Shown: positions 8,626 to 18,830, numbered from the stretch's first letter. The stretch is DNA of 64,000 bases from Clostridia bacterium (GCA_017467105.1 JAFTSU010000002.1:40588-104587); one strand, 5' to 3'. The notes: generated from the sequence alone by a model not told the origin. Program-made: numbers and translations.

Positions 8626-10008
8626 ATGATTGAAAAAAACAAGCACACTAATCTACTTGAAAAGGCACAGTATAAATATTCACTTCAGGACGTTGAGGAG
8701 CCAAACCTCTACCGTGACATTTACCCCTACGACGAGATACCCAAGGTCACCTTCAACCACCGCAGAGTTCCCTTTGCTATGCCTGACGATATCTGGATCA
8801 CAGACACCACCTTCCGTGACGGTCAGCAGTCCAGAGCTCCCTACACCGCAGCGCAGATAGAGACGCTCTTCACAATGCTCCACAAGCTTGGCGGACCCAA
8901 GGGTCTGATCCGTCAGAGCGAATTCTTCGTTTATACAAAGAAGGATCGTGAGGCGGTAGAGCGTTGTATGTCACTCGGGTACGAATTCCCTGAGGTTACC
9001 ACCTGGATCAGAGCCAAGAAGGAGGACTTCGCCCTGGTGCGTGATATCGGTATCAAGGAAACGGGCATTCTCGTATCCTGCTCCGATTACCATATTTTCA
9101 AGAAGCTGGGTCTGACGAGATCGGAGGCGCTGGACCACTATCTCGGAGTTGTAAAGAACGCCTTTGAGGCAGGTATTCGCCCCAGATGTCACCTTGAGGA
9201 CATTACCAGAGCAGACTACTACGGCTTCGTGGTTCCATTCGTTAACGAGCTGACCGAGCTTTCACACGAGGCAGGTATTCCGGTCAAAATAAGAATGTGC
9301 GATACTATGGGATACGGCGTTTCCTACCCCGGCGCATCCCTTCCCCGCTCCGTTCCCGGTATAGTCTACGGTCTGCACCATTACGCAGAGGTGCCCTCCG
9401 AAATGCTTGAGTGGCACGGTCACAACGATTTCTATCACGGCGTCACGAACGCGGTGAACGCTTGGCTTTACGGCGCATCCGCCGTCAACTGCTCTCTGCT
9501 TGGTATCGGTGAGCGTACGGGCAACATTCCCCTCGAGGCTATGGTTATGGAGTACGGCTCTATACGCGGTACGCTTGACGGTATGGATACGACGATGATC
9601 ACCGAGATAGCCGAGTATTTCAAGCACGAGATCGGTTACGAGATACCCCCGATGACCCCCTTCGTCGGTTCAGCCTTTAACCTGACACGCGCAGGCGTTC
9701 ACGCTGACGGTCTGATGAAGGATACGGAAATATACAACATCTTCAACACCGAGAAGATACTCAACCGTCCCGCAGAGGTTGCGATCTCCAACACCTCCGG
9801 AACCGCAGGTATTGCGTATTGGATGAACAAGCATTACGAGCGCACCCTCGGCCACACCTTTACAAAGCAGGATCCTATCGTAGTGAAGATAAAGGAAGAG
9901 ATCGACAGGCTCTACGCAGACGGCAGAACGACCCTTATGGGTGACGAAGAGCTTGAGCAAATCATCAGCTTCTACTATCCTCGTCTTCACGAGGAGGTAT
10001 GCAAGTGA
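8626..10008 (+). CDS. HMGL-like (homocitrate / isopropylmalate synthase family) enzyme, probable Re-citrate synthase
   Basis: The TDTTFRDGQQ motif is present. It clusters with aconitase and isocitrate dehydrogenase. The start is moved to MIEKNK (ATG 8626, RBS GAAAGGA). The ORF track starts at 8578. Confidence 0.7.
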   Translation: MIEKNKHTNLLEKAQYKYSLQDVEEPNLYRDIYPYDEIPKVTFNHRRVPFAMPDDIWITDTTFRDGQQSRAPYTAAQIETLFTMLHKLGGPKGLIRQSEFFVYTKKDREAVERCMSLGYEFPEVTTWIRAKKEDFALVRDIGIKETGILVSCSDYHIFKKLGLTRSEALDHYLGVVKNAFEAGIRPRCHLEDITRADYYGFVVPFVNELTELSHEAGIPVKIRMCDTMGYGVSYPGASLPRSVPGIVYGLHHYAEVPSEMLEWHGHNDFYHGVTNAVNAWLYGASAVNCSLLGIGERTGNIPLEAMVMEYGSIRGTLDGMDTTMITEIAEYFKHEIGYEIPPMTPFVGSAFNLTRAGVHADGLMKDTEIYNIFNTEKILNRPAEVAISNTSGTAGIAYWMNKHYERTLGHTFTKQDPIVVKIKEEIDRLYADGRTTLMGDEELEQIISFYYPRLHEEVCK

Positions 10009-10667
10009 TAGTAGACAAGAATATAAAATCTCTCGGCGAGAGCGTCTTTCTTCGTTTGGAGGAGGAGATTCTCAGCGGCGCGCTAAAAAAAGGCGATCTG
10101 CTGACCGAGATCTCTCTCTCCAAGCGGCTGGGAGTCAGCCGAACCCCGCTAAGAGCCGCCATTCATACCTTGGCAGAGGAGGGTCTGGTGGAGATCACCC
10201 CAAACAAGGGGGCGGTGGTCGTCGGAGTTGGCGCTGACGACCTGGTTGATATTTACGAGATCAGAATGCGCCTTGAGGGAATTGCCGCTAGAGCGGCGGC
10301 GAAAAACATCTCGGAGCAGGCAAAAAGGGAGCTTCGGGAATCAGTAGAGCTATCCGAGTTTTATCTGACGAAGAGGGACTACGATCACCTGAAGGAGCTG
10401 GACTCCGAGTTTCACAACATTATCTACAAGTCCTCCGGCAGCCGTCACCTCTACAAGATCCTCTCCGAGCTTCACAGAAATATCCGCTCCTACAGAAGAC
10501 TCTCACTTGCAGTACCTAAGAGACTCGAGGGCTCAGTCAACGAGCACAGGGAAATATTTGAAGCTATAGAACGTGCAGACGCAGATAGCGCTGAGCGCTT
10601 AACCGTCGATCATATTAAGGCGGCTCTAAACAATCTTATGTCTACGCTTGACCCTCTAAAACGATAA
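10005..10667 (+). CDS. GntR-family transcriptional regulator with FCD-type C-terminal domain
   Basis: The winged-HTH segment LSKRLGVSRTPLRAAIHTLAEEGLV is present. GTG 10005 lies 7 nt after GAGGAGG. The in-frame ATG at 9999 is only 1 nt from that SD. The gene overlaps the end of the upstream gene. Confidence 0.75.
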   Translation: MIVDKNIKSLGESVFLRLEEEILSGALKKGDLLTEISLSKRLGVSRTPLRAAIHTLAEEGLVEITPNKGAVVVGVGADDLVDIYEIRMRLEGIAARAAAKNISEQAKRELRESVELSEFYLTKRDYDHLKELDSEFHNIIYKSSGSRHLYKILSELHRNIRSYRRLSLAVPKRLEGSVNEHREIFEAIERADADSAERLTVDHIKAALNNLMSTLDPLKR

Positions 10668-10835
10668 TTTTGTAATTAAAGCTTTACATTTTCACATATT
10701 TATTCTAATTGTATTAGTTCGAATCATTTCAATAATATTGATTTATATTCATAATTACAATCAAACTCCAGCGTTACGCTGATCGCTTGGCGGATACGCT
10801 GTGACAAACCTAAGAAAATTCACGAGGAAAACAAA

Positions 10836-12767
10836 ATGGGATACACTATTGCGCAAAAAATAATTAAGAACCACCTGGTTTGCGGTGAGATGAAGGTCGG
10901 TGAGGAAATAGGCATAAGGATCGATCAGACACTCACACAAGACGCAACCGGTACTATGGCATATCTTCAGCTCGAGGCTATGGAAATAGACAGAGTTAAA
11001 ACGGAGCTGTCAGTCGCTTATATTGACCATAACACACTTCAGTCAGGCTTCGAAAACGCAGACGATCACCGTTACATACAGACCGTTGCAAAGAAGCACG
11101 GCATCAGATTTTCCCGTCCCGGAAACGGAATTTGCCATCAGGTACACCTTGAAAGATTCGGTATTCCCGGCAAGACCCTCATCGGCTCGGACAGCCACAC
11201 ACCCACAGCCGGTGGTATCGGTATGCTTGGCATGGGCGCCGGCGGTCTTGACGTTGCGGTTGCCATGGGCGGCGGTACATACTATATCACAATGCCAAAG
11301 ATCATCAAGGTTGAGCTTACCGGCAAGCTCTCCGACTACGTCAGCGCGAAAGATATCATCCTTGAGGTGCTGAGAATACTCGGCGTTAAGGGTGGTGTAG
11401 GAGCAATTATAGAATATTCCGGCGAGGGTGTCAAAACCCTGTCCGTTCCCCAGAGAGCGACCATCACCAATATGGGCGCTGAGCTTGGAGCCACAAGCTC
11501 TATCTTCCCCTCTGACGAGGCAACTCACGCCTTTCTTAAGGCCCAGGGCAGAGAGTGCGACTTCTCTCCTCTCGCTCCCGATGCGGATGCGGTGTACGAC
11601 GAGAGCTATACAGTAGATCTCTCCCTTCTTAAGCCCCTGGCGGCTTGCCCTCACAGCCCCGACAACATCAAATCCGTATCCGAGCTTGCGGGCAAGAGGA
11701 TCGACCAGGTCTGCATTGGCTCCTGCACGAACTCCTCTCTCTCCGATATGCTGACGGTTGCGGCTATCCTTAAGGGCAAGACCGTTCATCCCGACGTCTC
11801 CCTTTCCATCTCCCCCGGCTCAAAGCAGGTATACACAATGATGGCAAAGTGCGGCGCTCTGGCAGATATTATTGCCGCGGGAGCGCGCGTGCTGGAATGC
11901 GCCTGCGGACCCTGCATCGGTATGGGCTTCTCTCCGAAGTCCGGCGGAGTAAGCCTTCGTACCTTCAACCGCAACTTCCTCGCTCGCTCCGGCACTGCGG
12001 ACGCAAGCGTATATCTTGTCTCTCCCGAGGTAGCGGCAGCATCTGCTATCACAGGAGTATTCACCGACCCGACCTCTCTCGGCAAGGCGCCGGTTATTGA
12101 TATGCCACAGGAGTTCACCATTAACGACAATCTGGTTGAGCTTCCCGCATCTATAGACGAGGCGGCAGAGGTAACCGTGGAGCGCGGTCCTAACATCAAG
12201 CCGATTCCCAAGGGCGTATCTCCCGCTGAGGACCTGTCCTGCGAGATAATTCTGAAGGTTTCGGACAATATTACCACAGACCACATCATGCCCGCCGGCG
12301 CTAAGATACTTCCATATCGCTCAAACGTACCTAAGCTATCCGAGTTCTGCTTCACCGTTTGTGACAAGGACTTCCCCGAAAGAGCAAAGGCAAAGGGCGG
12401 CGGAATCGTCCTTGGCGGTCAGAATTACGGCCAGGGATCATCCAGAGAGCACGCGGCACTCGTACCACTCTATCTCGGCGTCAAGGCAGTTATCGCGAAG
12501 AGCTTCGCAAGGATCCATATGGCAAACCTTATAAACTTCGGTATAGCTCCCATAACTTTGAAAAACGAGAGCGATTACGATAAGATCAGCGAGGGCGAGA
12601 TGATACGTATCGACGGCTACAGATCAGCCATCGAGGGAAGCGACGAGGCATATCTTACCATAGAGAAAACAGGTGAAAGAATACCTCTTGTTCTCTCATA
12701 TTCCGAAAGACAGAGAAAAATTTTACTGGCGGGCGGAACACTTAATTATACAAAGAATTGTAAGTAA
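10836..12767 (+). CDS. Aconitate hydratase (about 640-aa clostridial type)
   Basis: 643-aa ORF with aconitase-family motifs (IDQTLTQDATG, GSDSHT, IGSCTNS). Confidence 0.85.
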   Translation: MGYTIAQKIIKNHLVCGEMKVGEEIGIRIDQTLTQDATGTMAYLQLEAMEIDRVKTELSVAYIDHNTLQSGFENADDHRYIQTVAKKHGIRFSRPGNGICHQVHLERFGIPGKTLIGSDSHTPTAGGIGMLGMGAGGLDVAVAMGGGTYYITMPKIIKVELTGKLSDYVSAKDIILEVLRILGVKGGVGAIIEYSGEGVKTLSVPQRATITNMGAELGATSSIFPSDEATHAFLKAQGRECDFSPLAPDADAVYDESYTVDLSLLKPLAACPHSPDNIKSVSELAGKRIDQVCIGSCTNSSLSDMLTVAAILKGKTVHPDVSLSISPGSKQVYTMMAKCGALADIIAAGARVLECACGPCIGMGFSPKSGGVSLRTFNRNFLARSGTADASVYLVSPEVAAASAITGVFTDPTSLGKAPVIDMPQEFTINDNLVELPASIDEAAEVTVERGPNIKPIPKGVSPAEDLSCEIILKVSDNITTDHIMPAGAKILPYRSNVPKLSEFCFTVCDKDFPERAKAKGGGIVLGGQNYGQGSSREHAALVPLYLGVKAVIAKSFARIHMANLINFGIAPITLKNESDYDKISEGEMIRIDGYRSAIEGSDEAYLTIEKTGERIPLVLSYSERQRKILLAGGTLNYTKNCK

Positions 12768-12780
12768 TTATTTACATTTT
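12766..12780 (+). repeat. AATTATTTACATTTT 15-mer, exact copy
   Basis: It overlaps the aconitase stop codon (TAA 12765-12767). Confidence 0.8.
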
Positions 12781-12809
12781 ACACCTTTATAAACAAAAGA
12801 GGTGATAAT

Positions 12810-13802
12810 ATTACAAACATACCTAAGCAATACGCGTGTCTGCATTTACACTCCACGCATTCTGATGGTGTATACACGCCAAGGGAGCTTGCCGAGATCG
12901 CAAGGGACGAGGGCTACGGCGCAATCGCTGTAACCGATCACGATACCGTTACCGCAAACGAGCCTCTTCTTCGCGAGTGTGATAAACTCGGTCTTGAGTG
13001 CATATACGGCGTTGAATTCAGCACGGTATCAGAAAAAAATAATATAAGCTACCATATGACCGCCTTTCATTTCGACCCTGAGCAGTCCGATATGAGAGAA
13101 TATCTCAGGATCCTAAGCGAAAGGGAAACTCATCAAACCAGGGTTCTTTTCGACCGTGGCGTCGAGATAGGATATTTAAAAAATATCACCTGGGATGAGG
13201 TAGAAAAATACAACGAAGGGGTCAGCTGGTTCTGCAACGAGCAGGTCTTCAGAGCTCTTAAGGCAAAGGGCCTTGCAACAGATAAGGATTACCCTGAATT
13301 CTGCCAAACCTGTTACGGTCCTCATAGAAGCTCGGTCAAGCCGCTCCATGACTTCAAATCCACGGAAGAGGTTATTAGACTAGTGCATAACGCCGGAGGT
13401 ATTATACTGATGGCTCATCTCTTCTGGAAGTGCCGGGAGGAGACGTTGCGTGACTTCGACCATTTTGCAGAGCTTTCTATTGACGGAATAGAGGTCTGGC
13501 ACCCGGACCACAGCGCAAAATACAGAAGGGTTGCCCTAGAGCTTGCCTTGAAGCACGATCTATACGTCTCCGGAGGCGCAGATCATTCAGGTCTGCTTGG
13601 CGGTCAGTACGCAAGATACGTAGACCCGACAAAGAGTCACCATTTCTTCCCTCCCTGCACCCTCGGAACAACCAAGTATTTCTTTGAGGAAATACGTGAC
13701 CGGATAAAAAAGCCGGACAGAGACTCAGTAATCAGCGCTCTGCTGTCCGACGATAGCATCTGGCAGATAACGGGCGGACTGATCGACGAGGATAATTTAT
13801 GA
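12810..13802 (+). CDS. PHP-domain phosphoesterase paralogue with a probable non-canonical ATT start (or a start-less pseudogene)
   Basis: The frame is open from 12768 and encodes ...CLHLHSTHSDGVYTPRELAEIARDEGYGAIAVTDHD, colinear with the N-terminus of the 13963 paralogue. There is no in-frame ATG/GTG/TTG before 13056. ATT 12810 lies 5 nt after SD AGAGGTG. Confidence 0.6.
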   Translation: MTNIPKQYACLHLHSTHSDGVYTPRELAEIARDEGYGAIAVTDHDTVTANEPLLRECDKLGLECIYGVEFSTVSEKNNISYHMTAFHFDPEQSDMREYLRILSERETHQTRVLFDRGVEIGYLKNITWDEVEKYNEGVSWFCNEQVFRALKAKGLATDKDYPEFCQTCYGPHRSSVKPLHDFKSTEEVIRLVHNAGGIILMAHLFWKCREETLRDFDHFAELSIDGIEVWHPDHSAKYRRVALELALKHDLYVSGGADHSGLLGGQYARYVDPTKSHHFFPPCTLGTTKYFFEEIRDRIKKPDRDSVISALLSDDSIWQITGGLIDEDNL

Positions 13803-13962
13803 TCTTTCCGTCGGTTATAAAAAAGGCCGAAAGTGATCCTAAGCGCAGCCGCGCTCAAGATAATGCGGCAAGGTAGCGCAGGATTCCGGATTTATATAAA
13901 ACTGTCAAAAGCGAGCCATAACGGCTTTACCGATTACAACTATATATAAAAGGTAAAAAACT

Positions 13963-14949
13963 ATGATGATACAGGATCATTACGCCAATCTGCATATGCA
14001 TTCAACCCATTCCGACGGACGCTACACTCCAGAGGAGCTGGCGCAGCTAGCAAAGGAAATAGGATACGGCGCAATCGCGGTAACCGATCACGATACCACA
14101 ACGGCTAACGCTCCCGCGATCGAGGCCTGTAAAAAGATAGGCTTAGAGTGTATTTTCGGCGTTGAGTTCTGCAGCAAGTATTGGGAAACGGGACACGTTA
14201 TGCATCTCACCGCATTTCATTTTGACCCGGAGCATCCGTACCTGAAGGAGCATATCTACCGTATGAGCGAGCGCTATGGCGGACTCACCCGTGATCTGTT
14301 CCACAGAGGTGTGTGCGAAGGCTTCATTAAGGGGATAACCTGGGATGAGGTGGAGAGCTTCAACGAGGGTATTCGATGGTTTACAGCCGCCCACGTTTTC
14401 AAGGCGATGAAAAACAAGGGTGTTATAAACGACGAGGGTAAGGAAGCGCTCTACGCGAATTGCTTCTCCAGAGAGCTGAAGCTCGCAACCCCTAAGCGAT
14501 ACGGCTTTCCGCCGATAGAGGAATTTATTCCTGCGGTTCACGATGCGGGCGGTATATTGCTTGTAGCTCACCCGCACGAAAGACTCGAGGACGTTAAGAT
14601 GCTTACGAAGCTTGATATAGACGGACTCGAGGTATGGCACAGCGAGCTGCCGGTTTGGGAGCGCAGAGAAGCTCTCAGAGTTGCTTTGGAGTACGATCTC
14701 TACGTTTCGGGAGGGGACGACCACTCAGGACTCCTTGGCGGAAGCTACAGCCCGGGCGAGCACCCGGTAGGACACAGACACTACTATCCGCCACGCTCTC
14801 TCGGCACGACGAAATATTTCTTTGAGGAAATAAGAGACGCAAGGAAGAAGCCCGACAGATCTGAATACATAAAGAGTCTTATCGATGATAACTCTATCTG
14901 GCAGAAGGCGGGCGGAATATCGGATAATATAGAGAAACCAAATCTTTAA
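13963..14949 (+). CDS. PHP-domain phosphoesterase paralogue
   Basis: 328 aa with NLHMHSTHSDG...AVTDHD. It aligns along its whole length with the 12810 gene. Confidence 0.75.
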   Translation: MMIQDHYANLHMHSTHSDGRYTPEELAQLAKEIGYGAIAVTDHDTTTANAPAIEACKKIGLECIFGVEFCSKYWETGHVMHLTAFHFDPEHPYLKEHIYRMSERYGGLTRDLFHRGVCEGFIKGITWDEVESFNEGIRWFTAAHVFKAMKNKGVINDEGKEALYANCFSRELKLATPKRYGFPPIEEFIPAVHDAGGILLVAHPHERLEDVKMLTKLDIDGLEVWHSELPVWERREALRVALEYDLYVSGGDDHSGLLGGSYSPGEHPVGHRHYYPPRSLGTTKYFFEEIRDARKKPDRSEYIKSLIDDNSIWQKAGGISDNIEKPNL

Positions 14950-15128
14950 GCGTTTTTTAACGTTTATTATAATTTTTATTTAAAGCAGTATTATGGGCGA
15001 GGTCCTTCCTCAAGACATCGCACGGCGGACAGGCGTCTTCGTTTTATCGCTTTAAAGATATAATATTTTTAACTTAAAATAATCGGCAGTTCAGTTAGTT
15101 TTTAAATTAAAACCCACAATTTGACAAT

Positions 15129-15143
15129 AATTAATTACATTTT
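15129..15143 (+). repeat. 15-mer variant AATTAATTACATTTT (14/15)
   Basis: Intergenic, downstream of the + strand PHP gene and 29 nt upstream of the GH20 start. Confidence 0.6.
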
Positions 15144-15171
15144 TACCGTTTTTAAACAGAAAGGGATTAAA

Positions 15172-17019
15172 ATGAAACTTAACTTTAATATCTCGTCTGA
15201 TCTGACCGTAGGTGTCACTAGACTCAGCGACGTGCTTGGATACACTCAGGTAAGCGACGGAGTAACCGTAAAGGACGTCAAGGGCGACAAAATAGGCGTC
15301 AGCTTTGACGGACAGGAAGCCGTGATCTACTACAAGAGCAAGCCTCAGTTCTACAGAGGTCTGTCTATCCTTATTGAAAAGGGTAGCGAGCCCTTCGAGT
15401 GCTTTGAGAGCGATCAATTTGATACTCTCGGCGTAATGCTTGACACCTCGCGCTGCGCGGCTCTTAATATGAGATCTCTCTATAAGTTCACAGATTATCT
15501 GGCGGTAATGGGATATAATATGATCTGGCTTTACGTTGAGGATTCCATAGTGTTAAGCGGCAGACCGTACTTTGGATATATGCGTCCGAAATACACCGAG
15601 GAGGAGCTTTCCGCCCTTGACGATTACGCATACGAATACGGTATTGAGGTCGTTCCCTGCCTTGAATGCTACGGTCATATGGCTCAGTATCTCAAGTGGC
15701 CCGAGGCTTCATCTATTAAGGACACGGACAGCGTGCTTTTAGCTAGAGAGCCGAAGACCTTCCAGTTCCTTGACGAGCTTATTTCTACCGTAGCAAGAAA
15801 CTTCCGCTCCCGCAGGATCCACGTAGGAATGGATGAGGCGTGGGATATGGGCAGAGGCAAATTTCTTGATAAGCACGGCTACGTTCCCCCCGCGGAGATA
15901 TTCAACGAATATATGAACGAGCTGACTAAGATAACCGACAAGTACGGTCTTAGACCGATGATGTGGAGCGATATGTACTTCCGTACCTGCTCTGTCGGAA
16001 ACCGTTATTACGAAAAGGATATAGTTATTCCCGACTATGTAAAGCAAAATATTCCGAAGGATATGGATCTCGTTTTCTGGCATTACGGAGAGATGCCCGG
16101 CTGCGACGGATATATGCTGGAAAAGCATATGGCGCTCGACAGACCCGTTATCTTTGCGGGAGGACTCTGGAGCTGGATCGGTCACTTTCCCGAGCACAAT
16201 TATGCTCTTGAAACCACCAGATTTTCCATCAATGCCTGCAGAAGCGCAAACGTCAAGGAGGCTGTAATGACCATATGGCTCAACGACAACGCGGAGTGCG
16301 ATGTGTTCGCGAATCTGTACGGACTTTCCTTTATGGCGGAGCTTGTATACGACGAGAATCCCTCTGCCAAAAAGCTCAAGGAAAGATTTGAAGCATCCAC
16401 CGGCGCTTCTGCTGACGCCTTCTACAAAATGAGCTATTATCACAACAAATTTGATGGTGTAAAGTACGATCACTACAGTCAGAGGTTCCTCGGAAAGCCG
16501 CTCTTCTGGCAGGATATACTCGAGGGTCTTTATGACTACGATCTGTTGAATTGCCCTATGAGCGAGCACTATATTGAGGCGGCGGAGAGTATTTCCTCGG
16601 CTATAAACGAGGACGACCGCTGGAATTATCTCTACGTGTTTGCCAAGGCTGTATTCGAATATATGAGCCTCAAGTGCTACGTTGCCGAAAATCTCACTCC
16701 CGCTTATAAGTCCGGCGACAAGGAAATGCTCTACGTTCTCGCAAAGGATTATCTGCCTGCCGTAAAGGAGAGCTGCGAAGAGGTTCACTCTCTCCACAAA
16801 AAAATGTGGTTCGAGAACAACAAGCCACTGGGATGGGGCAATATGGATATTCGCTACGGCGGCGTAGCGGCAAGATGCGACACCGCACAGGACCGCATTT
16901 TCGCATATCTGTCCGGCGAGATCGACAAAATCGAGGAGCTTGAGGAGCCCCGTCTTTACAAGTCTCATGGTGGATTCCTTCAGTACAACGCGATGTCCTC
17001 TCCCAATTTAAAAATCTGA
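15172..17019 (+). CDS. Glycoside hydrolase family 20-like beta-N-acetylhexosaminidase
   Basis: GVMLDTSR and HVGMDEAWD motifs (GH20 H-x-G-x-D-E type) are present. The start is moved to MKLNFN (ATG 15172, RBS AAAGGGA). Confidence 0.7.
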   Translation: MKLNFNISSDLTVGVTRLSDVLGYTQVSDGVTVKDVKGDKIGVSFDGQEAVIYYKSKPQFYRGLSILIEKGSEPFECFESDQFDTLGVMLDTSRCAALNMRSLYKFTDYLAVMGYNMIWLYVEDSIVLSGRPYFGYMRPKYTEEELSALDDYAYEYGIEVVPCLECYGHMAQYLKWPEASSIKDTDSVLLAREPKTFQFLDELISTVARNFRSRRIHVGMDEAWDMGRGKFLDKHGYVPPAEIFNEYMNELTKITDKYGLRPMMWSDMYFRTCSVGNRYYEKDIVIPDYVKQNIPKDMDLVFWHYGEMPGCDGYMLEKHMALDRPVIFAGGLWSWIGHFPEHNYALETTRFSINACRSANVKEAVMTIWLNDNAECDVFANLYGLSFMAELVYDENPSAKKLKERFEASTGASADAFYKMSYYHNKFDGVKYDHYSQRFLGKPLFWQDILEGLYDYDLLNCPMSEHYIEAAESISSAINEDDRWNYLYVFAKAVFEYMSLKCYVAENLTPAYKSGDKEMLYVLAKDYLPAVKESCEEVHSLHKKMWFENNKPLGWGNMDIRYGGVAARCDTAQDRIFAYLSGEIDKIEELEEPRLYKSHGGFLQYNAMSSPNLKI

Positions 17020-17089
17020 TGTTATTCAAATTCGTTAGATAACAAAACAAGTACAAGCGGAACAAGCTCAAAAACCAATACATGCAAAT

Positions 17090-17104
17090 AATTATTTACA
17101 AAAA
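17090..17104 (+). repeat. 15-mer partial copy (AATTATTTACA then AAAA)
   Basis: The first 11 nt match. It lies 14 nt upstream of the icd ATG region. Confidence 0.4.
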
Positions 17105-17117
17105 GAGGAAATAATCA

Positions 17118-18287
17118 ATGGAAAACTACAAAGATAATCTCGATCTCGCCTGCGAGAAATTCAGAGAAATTCTCACAAAACAGCTGACTCGCGTAGAGGA
17201 TATGAAGGCTCAGGGCGATTTCACCGACTACGAAAAGCTTGAAACGATCAAGATTGGCGTATGCGGCGGAGACGGCATAGGACCGATCATCACAAAGGAG
17301 GCGGCAAGAGTACTTGAGTTTATGCTCTCCGACCTTGTTGAGAGCGGAAAGGTATCCTTCGTTACTATCGACGGATTGACCCTGGAAAACAGAATTGCCT
17401 GCGGTAAGGCGATACCCGACGACGTTATGGCAGCCCTCAAGTCCTGCGACATTATTCTGAAGGGTCCCACCACCACGCCTCAGAAGGGCTCCGGAATGCC
17501 CAACATTGAGTCGGCAAACGTAGCTATGAGAAAGGCTCTTGATCTTTTCGCTAACATCAGACCCGTCAAGGTTCCCGAGGAGGGCATCAACTGGTGCATC
17601 TTCCGTGAGAATACAGAGGGCGGATACGCTGTCGGCTCATCAGGATTTAACGTTACCGAGGATTTGGCGGTTGACTTCACCATCACCACAAAGCAGGGCT
17701 CTGACAGAATCGCAAGGCTCGCTTACGATTATGCCAGAAAGAACGGCAGAACCAGAGTTTCCCTCGTTACCAAGGCAAACGTTATCAAGACTACAGACGG
17801 CAACTTCCTTGAGGATTGTCACAAGGTTGCCGCAGAATATCCCGAGATTACAACAGACGAGTGGTATGCGGATATTATGACCGCAAAGCTCGTTGACAAG
17901 AAGCGCCGCCGCGACTTCCAGGTGCTGCTGCTTCCAAACCTGTACGGTGATATCATCTCGGACGAGGCTGCAGAGTTCCAGGGCGGCGTAGGAACCGCCG
18001 GCTGCGCAAACATCGGTAAAAAATACGCAATGTTTGAGGCGATCCACGGCTCAGCTCCCAGAATGGTAAACGAGGGCAGAGCGATCTACGCAGACCCCTG
18101 CTCTATGCTTCGCGCGGCAGTTATGCTCCTCTCTCATATAGGTTATCAGGACAGAGCGGACAAGCTTGAGCGCGCGCTGGATATCTGTACCTTTGAGGAG
18201 AAGAAGCTCACCATCACCGGAAGAGCTGACGGCGCGACCTGCGAGGCGTTCGGCAACTACGTAATGGAGACTCTTAAGAGCCTTTGA
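17118..18287 (+). CDS. icd: Isocitrate/isopropylmalate dehydrogenase family enzyme, probable isocitrate dehydrogenase
   Basis: GDGIGPIIT and NLYGDIISDEAA motifs are present. It is in context with citrate synthase and aconitase. Confidence 0.75.
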   Translation: MENYKDNLDLACEKFREILTKQLTRVEDMKAQGDFTDYEKLETIKIGVCGGDGIGPIITKEAARVLEFMLSDLVESGKVSFVTIDGLTLENRIACGKAIPDDVMAALKSCDIILKGPTTTPQKGSGMPNIESANVAMRKALDLFANIRPVKVPEEGINWCIFRENTEGGYAVGSSGFNVTEDLAVDFTITTKQGSDRIARLAYDYARKNGRTRVSLVTKANVIKTTDGNFLEDCHKVAAEYPEITTDEWYADIMTAKLVDKKRRRDFQVLLLPNLYGDIISDEAAEFQGGVGTAGCANIGKKYAMFEAIHGSAPRMVNEGRAIYADPCSMLRAAVMLLSHIGYQDRADKLERALDICTFEEKKLTITGRADGATCEAFGNYVMETLKSL

Positions 18288-18446
18288 TCAGGATAAGTAA
18301 CGCACACCCATTCCAACAAGCAGATCACTCCGTCAATAACCAATTTAAGCCTATCAAATATACTTGACGGGATATAACGTCGAAGGTTTATCCAAAACGT
18401 TACAAGCCTTGAAAATAAATAGCTTATGTTAATTTTTACCTTATAC

Positions 18447-18475
18447 TTGACTATTTTCGCCGTATATGTTAAAAT
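18447..18475 (+). promoter_or_regulatory. Sigma-A promoter with extended -10
   Basis: TTGACT, 17-nt spacer, TGT-TAAAAT. Confidence 0.55.
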
Positions 18476-18547
18476 ATTAGCGTAAAGAAGCTGCAACCGT
18501 CTTGCCGAGCCCGGCAAGAGACAGCAGAAAAGAACAGGAGATCATAT

Positions 18548-18751
18548 ATGAAAAAATTACTCATACTCCTTCTCGTTATTTCTATCCTTGCAATTTCCCT
18601 TGTCGGCTGCGTAGATAATGGCGGCGGAGGCGAGCAGGGCGGCTCAGGTGAGCAAGGAAGCCAGGGTGGCGGATCCGAGGGCGGAGAAGGCTCCGAAGGA
18701 GAGGGCGAAGAAATACCCGAGCCCGACGAGGGTGGCTGGACAAAGCCATAA
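18548..18751 (+). CDS. Small lipoprotein with a Gly/Glu/Ser-rich tail
   Basis: Signal peptide with lipobox LVGC. RBS AGGAG. A terminator follows. Confidence 0.6.
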   Translation: MKKLLILLLVISILAISLVGCVDNGGGGEQGGSGEQGSQGGGSEGGEGSEGEGEEIPEPDEGGWTKP

Positions 18752-18775
18752 ATCAATCACACATTAAAACGATAA

Positions 18776-18810
18776 AACAGGTATCTACAAGACGTAGATA
18801 CCTGTTTTTT
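18776..18810 (+). terminator. Intrinsic terminator
   Basis: CAGGTATCTA...TAGATACCTG stem followed by TTTTTT. Confidence 0.7.
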
Positions 18811-18815
18811 GCTAC

Positions 18816-18830
18816 TATTATTTACATTTT
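18816..18830 (+). repeat. 15-mer TATTATTTACATTTT (14/15)
   Basis: It begins 6 nt after the terminator T tract, in a convergent intergenic region. Confidence 0.7.

Noticed and set aside
12765-12812. Stop-codon read-through fusing aconitase to the downstream PHP protein (same frame, open from the TAA).
   Set aside because: There is a one-in-three chance of a shared frame. A good SD plus ATT start precedes the PHP domain, and I see no read-through context. It is noted in a finding but not proposed as a fusion.
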